32,000 nt of DNA from Ktedonobacterales bacterium. GTDB taxonomy: Bacteria; Chloroflexota; Ktedonobacteria; Ktedonobacterales; JADMIN01. The translations under genes were made by a program, and so were the position numbers. Numbering within the stretch: the first letter of the stretch is position 1; each line of letters opens with the position of its first letter. The stretch spans positions 3,960,001-3,992,000 of the forward strand of contig CP126532.1 in assembly GCA_030167145.1 (NCBI GenBank). The letters run 5' to 3'. Shown piece after piece: positions 8,010 to 14,889 of the stretch. The notes below the pieces were generated by a model. It saw nothing but the letters and a program-made list of their open reading frames with translations, was not told the origin of the DNA and searched no databases.

Positions 8010-9647
8010 GTGAGCAACGGAGATCACGGCAATGAGCGGGAGCAGACGCGGGAGCAGACGAACGAGCGTGTAACGCCAGATGCGCCGCCGCAGTTGCCGC
8101 AGAACCACCGCATCCCGAACGACTCGCATACCTCCACCGATGACGCCATGGATGAATTGGAACGCCAGGCGCGTGAGATGCTCCAGGCCATGCGCCAGTC
8201 AGCGGGCAACCTGGGCACGCGCGTCCGCCAGGCGCTCGATCACGCCTCCTCGCTCTGGGATGAAGCGCATCCCGGCCTGCCTGTCCGCCGCGACATCGTC
8301 ACCACTGAGGATGAGCACCACGCCCGCAGCCTGGCCCGTGGCTGGGCACGGCGCGACTTCCTGGTTGACCCTGAACTCGCCTCCGCCATGAGCGTCCATG
8401 CCGTGACCCGCGCCCAGGTCTGGCGCGTCGAACTGCGCGAGCGCGGCGAGAGCCGCACCTTCGGCGTCGCGCACGAGCCATATCGCGGCCAATTCGTCGG
8501 CCAGCCCGCCCAGCCCCAATCGCCCTGGGACTACTCCTTCCCCGCCACGCCCGACATCGCCTCTGGCGAGCGCCGCGAACACATCACCGGCGCCGAAACA
8601 CTCGACAGTTGCCAGACGTGCAACGGCGCTGGCCATCGCGCCTGCGTCCGCTGCGAAGGCCGAGGGCGTACCCAATGCCCCGTCTGTCATGGCCGCGCGA
8701 AGATTCCTTGCCCGCGCTGCAAAGGCCGTGGCCGCATCGCTTCACAGCGCTTCGCCAGCGACCCCGCACAAACGAAATCGCAGATCCGGCCCTCATCCGA
8801 CCGCCTTGGCGACTTCGGTGGCAAAGTCGCGGACTTCGCCCGCTGGCTGCGCACCGACACCACGCAGACGCCCCCCGCATTCGCCTGGGCCACCCCCACC
8901 AACGCCGCCGACACCATTCCCTGCCCGGAGTGCGAGGACGGCACACGCCCCTGCGGCTGCTCCGGCGGACAAGTGCCATGCGAGCGCTGTTCCGGCGCGG
9001 GTGCGATGCCCTGCGCCGCCTGCTCCGGCACCGGCAAAGTGCTGCGCTATCAAACGGTCATCCGGCGCTTCGATACCCAGATGACCGAACAGACGCTCCC
9101 CTACGACCAATCTGAAGTCGCGGAGTGGATCGCCCCAGAGATGCTGCGTCGCGCCACCAGCGAGCCAGTCTGGGAAGGCGCATTCGATACCCTCACCGGC
9201 AGCGTCTCCGCTAATGTTCCAGCCGAGGTATGGTCGCAGCTGCGCGCCTTCGCCGACCGTACCACGACAGATACCTCAGCCCGCTCATCCCAGCCCGATG
9301 CCACATCCAGCGCAGGTGAGCGGCGTGTTATCGCCCGCCAGCTTACCCTCACCCGCGTCCCCGTCACCCGCGTCGAATACGAATTCGCGGGCAAGCCCTT
9401 CGAGTTCATCGCCGTCGGCGGCACAGACGCCGAACGCTTCTGGGCGCAGAGATTCCCACCGCGCTGGAGCCGTGTTGGTCGCTTCCTGAAAGCGCTCAGC
9501 CGCGACCTCCAGAACGAAGGTGGCTCACTCTCCCGCGCCGACTCTCCCACATCCAACCCCAACGGTGAGCCGACTTCCCTCACCGACTACCTCGCCCGCC
9601 GCGACCAACTCCGTCCTCCCGATGCCACCCCGCCCGACGAGCAATAG
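8010..9647 (+). CDS. Protein with two DnaJ-cysteine-rich-like 4xCxxC zinc-finger clusters and no J domain
   Basis: Cluster 1 is 'CQTCNGAGHRACVRCEGRGRTQCPVCHGRAKIPCPRCKGRGR' (about 8610-8736). Cluster 2 is 'CPECEDGTRPCGCSGGQVPCERCSGAGAMPCAACSGTGK' (about 8922-9037). GTG 8010 is preferred because AAGGAG (7997-8002) lies 7 nt upstream; ATG 7986 is an alternative. The ORF-track start at 7500 overlaps bax1. Confidence 0.7.
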   Translation: MSNGDHGNEREQTREQTNERVTPDAPPQLPQNHRIPNDSHTSTDDAMDELERQAREMLQAMRQSAGNLGTRVRQALDHASSLWDEAHPGLPVRRDIVTTEDEHHARSLARGWARRDFLVDPELASAMSVHAVTRAQVWRVELRERGESRTFGVAHEPYRGQFVGQPAQPQSPWDYSFPATPDIASGERREHITGAETLDSCQTCNGAGHRACVRCEGRGRTQCPVCHGRAKIPCPRCKGRGRIASQRFASDPAQTKSQIRPSSDRLGDFGGKVADFARWLRTDTTQTPPAFAWATPTNAADTIPCPECEDGTRPCGCSGGQVPCERCSGAGAMPCAACSGTGKVLRYQTVIRRFDTQMTEQTLPYDQSEVAEWIAPEMLRRATSEPVWEGAFDTLTGSVSANVPAEVWSQLRAFADRTTTDTSARSSQPDATSSAGERRVIARQLTLTRVPVTRVEYEFAGKPFEFIAVGGTDAERFWAQRFPPRWSRVGRFLKALSRDLQNEGGSLSRADSPTSNPNGEPTSLTDYLARRDQLRPPDATPPDEQ

Positions 9648-9670
9648 CCCCGCTTCCTGTCTGCGCCATT

Positions 9671-9728
9671 CAGCAAGCAAAAGAAGTGGCCCCGGTACAC
9701 GCACTGCGTACCAGGACCACTCTTGCTG
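9671..9728. terminator. Long imperfect hairpin between convergent genes
   Basis: CAGCAAG (9671-9677) and AGTGG (9685-9689) pair with CCACT (9717-9721) and CTTGCTG (9722-9728). There is additional inner pairing around GGTAC/GTACC. Confidence 0.35.
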
Positions 9729-9740
9729 TTGACCCAAATC

Positions 9741-10232
9741 TCAGAACGCCGGTGTCGCCGGACCGCCCGCCCAGCTCTCGGCAATGCCGCCGATAACGGG
9801 GAGCTTCGTCCACTTGCCAGAAAAACCGGCAATCATCCCCATCACCCACAGCACCAGGAAGCCGATGCTGATAATGAAGGCCACACATCCAACGATGAGT
9901 GCCCCGAAGCCAAGTCCTGCGCTACTAGCGGCTGCGGCTGTAGAGCTACCGGCGGCTGCGAGGGATCCCGCTATCAGGGCGCCATAGACAAAGAACCAGA
10001 GGAAACCAAAGATTGCGCCGGCGATGCTCAAGAGGATTCCCTGCGCCGCATGGAACTTGACGAAACGGTTGTTCTTCTCGACAAAGAAGAACACGATAGG
10101 GATGATCGGCCCCAGCACAATCATCGAAACATAACTTAGGCCAGCGGCAACATGCGCCTCCATCCCAATAGAGGTCGGTCCCCACCGGTTCGGCGCTGCC
10201 ACTGGCTGCTGCGGATACTGCTGCGGATTCAT
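9741..10232 (-). CDS. DUF4870-like small integral membrane protein
   Basis: 'LSYVSMIVLGPIIPIVFFFVEKNNRFVKFHAAQGILLSIAGAIFGF' fits the DUF4870 pattern. The start was trimmed to MNPQQ (complement of 10230-10232). Confidence 0.55.
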   Translation of the reverse strand: MNPQQYPQQPVAAPNRWGPTSIGMEAHVAAGLSYVSMIVLGPIIPIVFFFVEKNNRFVKFHAAQGILLSIAGAIFGFLWFFVYGALIAGSLAAAGSSTAAAASSAGLGFGALIVGCVAFIISIGFLVLWVMGMIAGFSGKWTKLPVIGGIAESWAGGPATPAF

Positions 10233-10547
10233 TGCGCGTGGTCCTTTCTGGACACCATGCCAGGTTGTCACTCGACATGTGGTTCGCCGGATAGGAACTC
10301 CACAGCCCCATCCAGGTGCGGAAAGGCGCTCTGTTCTGGCATCGCTGCTCCGCTTCCCCATCAGCACCCATCCAACGGCGGCGAACCCATCTCGGTAGCA
10401 AAGGTACAAGATAAATGCTTCCTTGTCTAGCGTCCAAAAGGCTGATTCTCACCCCTACGTACTAATACCGATTCCTTGTCGGCCCACACCGTCCACGCCC
10501 ATCGCTGGCGCGCCACCAATTCACTTCTTCGCCCTCAACCACTGCGC

Positions 10548-10576
10548 TTGACACAGCGGGGATGGTAACGTATCAT
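10548..10576 (+). promoter_or_regulatory. Sigma-70-type promoter for the tRNA pair
   Basis: TTGACA (10548-10553), a 17-nt spacer, then TATCAT (10571-10576), about 30 nt upstream of tRNA-Leu. Confidence 0.55.
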
Positions 10577-10606
10577 AGTAACTGCTTCTCAACGAAGCGC
10601 CAGCAC

Positions 10607-10693
10607 GCCGAAGTGGTGGAATCGGTAGACACGCAACGTTCAGGGCGTTGTGCGCGTACGCGCGTGGGGGTTCGAGTCCCCCCTTCGGCACCA
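10607..10693 (+). tRNA. tRNA-Leu (anticodon CAG), class II long variable arm, CCA encoded
   Basis: Acceptor GCCGAAG/CTTCGGC, anticodon loop TTCAGGG, T-loop GGTTCGAGTCC. Close by eye to E. coli tRNA-Leu(CAG). Confidence 0.95.
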
Positions 10694-10696
10694 CCC

Positions 10697-10786
10697 GGAA
10701 GGGTCGCATAGAGGTCTAGTGCGACGGTTTGCTAAACCGTTGAGTCCGCAAGGGCTCCGAGGGTTCGAATCCCTCCCCTTCCGCCA
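10697..10786 (+). tRNA. tRNA-Ser (anticodon GCU), long variable arm, CCA encoded
   Basis: Acceptor GGAAGGG/CCCTTCC, anticodon stem-loop ACGGT-TTGCTAA-ACCGT, T-loop GGTTCGAATCC. It lies 3 nt after tRNA-Leu. Confidence 0.95.
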
Positions 10787-10789
10787 CGA

Positions 10790-10818
10790 GGCCGCACCTG
10801 ATGCGGCCCTTTCTTTTT
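10790..10818 (+). terminator. Intrinsic terminator after the tRNA pair
   Basis: Stem GGCCGCA (10790-10796) / TGCGGCC (10802-10808), loop CCTGA, followed by CTTTCTTTTT. Confidence 0.7.
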
Positions 10819-10994
10819 GCCCCCGACTTCCCACCCCCCATCCTTCCCTGGCGCATATCTTGCGCGTCTCCCTCCACCGGCGCATCTAACGCCACCGCAA
10901 CATCGCGAATATCGCGCGCCTCGCCATCCTGAGCAACCCCAACCTGGACGCCCAAGAAAGCTCACGCGCGCCCCACAAGTAAGGAGCAACACGC

Positions 10995-11531
10995 ATGTTT
11001 CGTCACCGCCGCGAGGAACGGCAAGAGCAGCAGCCCGATTTCGGACCCCATCGCTATCAGATGCGCGAAAAGATGCTCACCATCGGCGACGACTTCTGGA
11101 TCGAAGACGCCCATGGCCAGCGCGCCTACAAAGTGGACGGCAAAGTCCTCCGCGCCCGCAACACCCTGATCCTCGAAGATCCCAACGGTCGGGAAGTCGC
11201 CAAAGTGCAAGAGCGCATGCTCCGCGCCCGCGACTCCATGGCCATCGAGCGTGACGGCCAGAAAATCGCCGAAGTCCACAAAGCCTTCGTCAACGTCATG
11301 CGCGACCACTTCAAGATTGACCTCGCTGGCCGTGGACCCGACATGGAAGCCAAAGGCAACATCGTCGGCCACGAATTCGAGATCACCCAGAACGGCGCCA
11401 AAGTCGCTGAAATCTCCAAGAAATGGTTCCGCGTCCGCGATACCTACGGCGTCGAGATCGAACCCAACCAGGACGACGCCCTCGTCCTCACCGCCGTCAT
11501 CTGCATTGACCAGATGACCGACGAACACTAG
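10995..11531 (+). CDS. LURP-one-related (DUF567, tubby C-terminal-like fold) protein
   Basis: 'MLTIGDDFWIEDAHGQRAYKVDGK' and 'ISKKWFRVRDTYGVEIEPNQDDALVLTAVICIDQM' are characteristic of this family. An AAGGAG RBS lies upstream. Confidence 0.75.
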   Translation: MFRHRREERQEQQPDFGPHRYQMREKMLTIGDDFWIEDAHGQRAYKVDGKVLRARNTLILEDPNGREVAKVQERMLRARDSMAIERDGQKIAEVHKAFVNVMRDHFKIDLAGRGPDMEAKGNIVGHEFEITQNGAKVAEISKKWFRVRDTYGVEIEPNQDDALVLTAVICIDQMTDEH

Positions 11532-11554
11532 CCCAACTCCTAATCCCAGCGCGC

Positions 11555-11592
11555 GAGCGGTCGGAAGCGCCACATCCGCCTCCCGACCGCTC
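11555..11592 (+). terminator. Perfect 10-bp hairpin downstream of the LURP-one gene
   Basis: GAGCGGTCGG (11555-11564) / CCGACCGCTC (11583-11592) with an 18-nt loop. No U-tract. Confidence 0.3.
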
Positions 11593-11595
11593 ATG

Positions 11596-11659
11596 CCCAC
11601 ACCCACACCCACACCTACTCCATACCCACATTCTTTGCGTCACCCACATTCTTTGCGTC
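11596..11659 (+). repeat. (CCCACA)x3 microsatellite followed by an 18-nt tandem duplication
   Basis: CCCACA at 11596, 11602 and 11608. ACCCACATTCTTTGCGTC at 11624-11641 and 11642-11659. Confidence 0.9.
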
Positions 11660-11845
11660 GCTGGCTTATTCACCACCTATGCCAACCCCACGCACCCATG
11701 ACATTTATGCCGCGAACTCGCTTTACCACCCCTCTCGCCACCCGCCGCGCTCTCATCATACGATGCCCCCCGGCATTCATGCATCCTCGCCTGTGCTCCG
11801 GCCATGGATGGCCGAGAGCATGCCCCCCACTCCCTCCCCGCCATG

Positions 11846-11854
11846 TGCTATAAT
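11846..11854 (+). promoter_or_regulatory. Extended -10 element TGCTATAAT
   Basis: Exact TGn-TATAAT about 85 nt upstream of the tnpA-like gene. The same motif class recurs at 19408, 21307 and 28380. Confidence 0.3.
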
Positions 11855-11900
11855 CCTGTAGGTGAATCGCACCAATATACAAAATTCGTCGCGTCTCCTC

Positions 11901-11929
11901 TGGACATTCGTTCCAGCACGCGATACAAT
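11901..11929 (+). promoter_or_regulatory. Candidate promoter TGGACA-17-TACAAT, implying a leaderless or near-leaderless tnpA-like mRNA
   Basis: -35 TGGACA (11901-11906) and -10 TACAAT (11924-11929). The predicted start site near 11936 is next to the ATG at 11938. Confidence 0.35.
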
Positions 11930-11937
11930 AGGTGTAG

Positions 11938-12390
11938 ATGTGGCGTATGGATATACAGAATAAGTCCACCACGTGGCACATCACGTATCACTTTGTCTGG
12001 GGGCCAATGCGCGCCAAACCCTGCCTCATCGGCGAGATCGCGCAGCGGCTCGAAGCGTTGATCGCGGAGCGAGCTGACGAAGAAGACTATCAGCCCATCA
12101 CGCTGCTCATCCTCCCAGACCGGGTATACATGGCGGCAGCGGCGCCGCCAACCGTGGCTCCGCATTCGATTATGTGTCAGGTCAAGGCCTACACGTCGCG
12201 CATCCTGCGCGACGAGTTCCCCGAACTGACACGCATTCCCAGCCTGTGGACACGAGCGTATCTCGTGCTCGCCGGCGACGAGCTTGCTGCCGAGGAGGTA
12301 CTTCAGCGCTTCGAAGAGGCGCAGCCTCAACGCCGGCCCCGTGGCCGGCCACCCAAGTCCCGCCCGGAATCCGACATCACCGATGTCTAG
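11938..12390 (+). CDS. IS200/IS605 TnpA-like (Y1/HUH fold) protein with catalytic residues replaced and a C-terminal AT-hook
   Basis: It aligns by eye along its length to IS200/IS608 TnpA ('WHITYHFVW', '[11 protein letters not shown]'). However, the HUH block DH(I/V)H(L/M)L is 'PDRVYM' and the Tyr block 'QYIENQ' is 'QRFEEAQ'. The C-terminus '[10 protein letters not shown]' matches the AT-hook core. No tnpB and no element ends were seen. Confidence 0.75.
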   Translation: MWRMDIQNKSTTWHITYHFVWGPMRAKPCLIGEIAQRLEALIAERADEEDYQPITLLILPDRVYMAAAAPPTVAPHSIMCQVKAYTSRILRDEFPELTRIPSLWTRAYLVLAGDELAAEEVLQRFEEAQPQRRPRGRPPKSRPESDITDV

Positions 12391-12452
12391 CGCGACGCTC
12401 GCGCGATGGATTCCGCGCGACAGCATCAACCCAAGGTAGAGAAGAGATAGAC

Positions 12453-14729
12453 ATGCCCAAATGTGAACGCTGCAAACAGAATGACGCCCGTGTCCGCATG
12501 GATGCCGTGGTCAACGGCCGCCGCGAACAGCACTTCTTCTGCCGCGAATGCGCCGAAGAGCTGATGGGCGGCGAACTCAGCGGCTTCAACGGCATTAGCG
12601 GCCAGAACTCCGGCAACATCTTCGGTGGCATGGGCGCGGGCAGCCCCTTCGGCTTCGCCTCGCAGCCAGGCGGCGGCGCTACCGCCACTGCCCAGCGCAG
12701 CCCCGACAAACACAGCAAAACCCCCACCCTCGACCAGTTTGGCCGCGACCTGACCGGCGAGGCGCGTGAGGGCAAGCTCGACCCCGCCGCTGGCCGCGAC
12801 CGCGAGATTCGGCGCATGCTCACCGTGTTGGGCCGCCGCCAGAAGAATAATCCCGTCCTCATCGGCGAACCCGGCGTTGGCAAAACCGCCATTGTCGAAG
12901 GCATCGCCCGCCGCATCGTAGACGGCAACGTTCCGCCTACCCTGCGCAACGCCCGCATCGTCTCGCTCAACATCGGCGGCGCAGTCGCTGGCGCGATGTT
13001 CCGTGGCCAGTTCGAGGAACGCATCAAGGCCATTCTGGAGGAAGTCCGCCAGAACCCCGATGTCATCCTCTTCATTGACGAGCTGCACACCGTCGTCGGC
13101 GCGGGCGCGGCAGAGGGCGCGGTTGGCGCCTCCGACCTGCTCAAGCCAGCCCTCGCTCGTGGCGAACTGCGCTGCATCGGCGCCACCACCCTCGATGAGT
13201 ATCGCAAGCACATCGAGAAAGACGCCGCCCTGGAGCGCCGCTTCCAGCCCGTCAAGGTAGATGAGCCATCCGTCGCGGAAGCCATCACCATGCTGGGCAT
13301 CGTGCGCGAGCACTACGAGCGCCATCACGGTGTACGCATCCCCGACGAAACCATCGAGGCCGCCGTCAAGCTCTCCGACCGCTATATCAATGACCGCTTC
13401 CTACCGGACAAAGCCATTGATGTGATGGACGAAGCCGCTTCCAGCGTCAAACTCGACGCCATCGAAGCGGGCAGCTACGGCCCTGAGCTGGTTTCTTCGC
13501 TCGAAGCGCAACTTGTCGCAATTCAGTCCGAGAAAGAGGCCGCGGCCCTCGCCGAAAACTACGAGCACGCCGCCACCCTCCGCCAGCGCGAGATTCAGGC
13601 GCAGGCGCAACTCGACGACGCCCGCGCCCATGCGGGTCAGTCTGCCGCGCTCGTCGTTGAGCCAGGGGACATCGCCCGGGTTGTCGAAAACTGGACCGGC
13701 GTTCCCGTCACCCAGATGCTCGAATCCGAGCGCGTTAACCTGCGCAACCTCGAAGAGCAGCTCCAGACGCACGTCATCGGCCAGAACGAGGCCATCAGCG
13801 CCGTCTCGCGCGCCATCCGTCGCTCGCGCGCCGGCCTGAAAGATCCGCAGCGCCCCATCGGTTCGTTCCTCTTCATGGGACCCACCGGCGTCGGCAAGAC
13901 CGAGCTTGCCAGGGCGCTCGCCGCTGAACTCTTCGGCGGTGAAGACGCGATCATCCGCCTCGACATGTCCGAATACATGGAAGGCCACACCGTCTCGCGG
14001 CTCTTCGGCAGCCCTCCGGGCTACGTCGGCCACGACGAAGGTGGTCAGCTTACCGAAGCGGTTCGCCGCCGCCCGTACAGCGTGATCCTCTTCGACGAAA
14101 TCGAGAAGGCGCATCCAGAGGTCTTCAACGCCCTCTTGCAAATTCTCGACGACGGACGCCTCACCGACGGCCAGGGCCGCACCGTGGACTTCAAGAACAC
14201 GGTGGTCATCATGACCAGCAACGTCTCCACGCCGGAGATCAAGCGCGCCGACATCGGCTTCCTGGCCCCGCGCTGGGGCGAGGCCACCAGCGAGCACGAC
14301 AGCGAAGAGGCCAAGCGCCAGGCCAAGGCCCTCGAAGGGCTGCGCCGCGCCTTCCGGCCAGAGTTCATCAACCGGATTGACCAGATCGTCGTCTTCCATG
14401 CGCTTGGTCGCGACGAGCTGCGCCAGATCGTTGACCTGCTCATGGCCAAGGTCAGCGCCCGCCTGACTGAGCAGCGCATCACGCTCAGCTATGGCGATGA
14501 CCTGCGCGACTTCCTCATGCGTGAGGGCTTCGACCAGGAATTCGGCGCGCGGCCACTCCGCCGGGCCATCCAGACCCACGTAGATGACGCGCTCGCCGAT
14601 GCGCTACTCGCTGGCACGATCCAGCCCGGCCAGACCGCCGTCCTTAGCGTCGCGGATGACGCCGTGCGCGTCAGCGCGGAGGGTGAGCCACTCGCCCTCC
14701 CCGCCCCAGCGCCAGCCCACGCCGCCTAG
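12453..14729 (+). CDS. clpC: ClpC-like two-ring AAA+ unfoldase; the Clp N-domain is replaced by a McsA-type C4 zinc ribbon
   Basis: D1 'GEPGVGKT' and 'ILFIDELH'. UVR/M-domain '[17 protein letters not shown]'. D2 'GPTGVGKT' and '[11 protein letters not shown]'. The N-terminus '[36 protein letters not shown]' is followed by a Gly-rich linker. The start is trimmed to ATG 12453; the ORF-track start at 12174 overlaps the previous gene. Confidence 0.9.
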   Translation: MPKCERCKQNDARVRMDAVVNGRREQHFFCRECAEELMGGELSGFNGISGQNSGNIFGGMGAGSPFGFASQPGGGATATAQRSPDKHSKTPTLDQFGRDLTGEAREGKLDPAAGRDREIRRMLTVLGRRQKNNPVLIGEPGVGKTAIVEGIARRIVDGNVPPTLRNARIVSLNIGGAVAGAMFRGQFEERIKAILEEVRQNPDVILFIDELHTVVGAGAAEGAVGASDLLKPALARGELRCIGATTLDEYRKHIEKDAALERRFQPVKVDEPSVAEAITMLGIVREHYERHHGVRIPDETIEAAVKLSDRYINDRFLPDKAIDVMDEAASSVKLDAIEAGSYGPELVSSLEAQLVAIQSEKEAAALAENYEHAATLRQREIQAQAQLDDARAHAGQSAALVVEPGDIARVVENWTGVPVTQMLESERVNLRNLEEQLQTHVIGQNEAISAVSRAIRRSRAGLKDPQRPIGSFLFMGPTGVGKTELARALAAELFGGEDAIIRLDMSEYMEGHTVSRLFGSPPGYVGHDEGGQLTEAVRRRPYSVILFDEIEKAHPEVFNALLQILDDGRLTDGQGRTVDFKNTVVIMTSNVSTPEIKRADIGFLAPRWGEATSEHDSEEAKRQAKALEGLRRAFRPEFINRIDQIVVFHALGRDELRQIVDLLMAKVSARLTEQRITLSYGDDLRDFLMREGFDQEFGARPLRRAIQTHVDDALADALLAGTIQPGQTAVLSVADDAVRVSAEGEPLALPAPAPAHAA

Positions 14730-14812
14730 TTTCCGGTTCGCCAATCAGGGGATGTGTCCATTCGTGGGCGCATCCCCTCTTTCATACCACTTCCCCGTCT
14801 CTGTGGCTCAAA

Positions 14813-14870
14813 CCCGCGACGGCGGGTTTTGTGGCCGCAGGCCATTGAGGCGCGGTTTCAACCGCCTGCT
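14813..14870 (+). repeat. Copy B of the 58-nt triple-hairpin element
   Basis: CCCGCGACGGCGGGTTTTGTGGCCGCAGGCCATTGAGGCGCGGTTTCAACCGCCTGCT. It lies between the convergent stops of clpC-like (14729) and the membrane-protein gene (14890). Confidence 0.85.
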
Positions 14871-14889
14871 AACTCTCATCGCCTTTCTC

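Noticed and set aside
11938-12390. Active IS200/IS605 insertion sequence
   Set aside because: No tnpB and no subterminal hairpin ends were recognisable. The HUH and Tyr catalytic residues are substituted. I therefore treat it as a domesticated homologue rather than a mobile element.
10607-12452. tRNA-Leu/tRNA-Ser as the attachment site of a genomic island containing the LURP-one and tnpA-like genes
   Set aside because: No integrase and no second copy of a tRNA 3' fragment were visible downstream. Composition matches the rest of the window.
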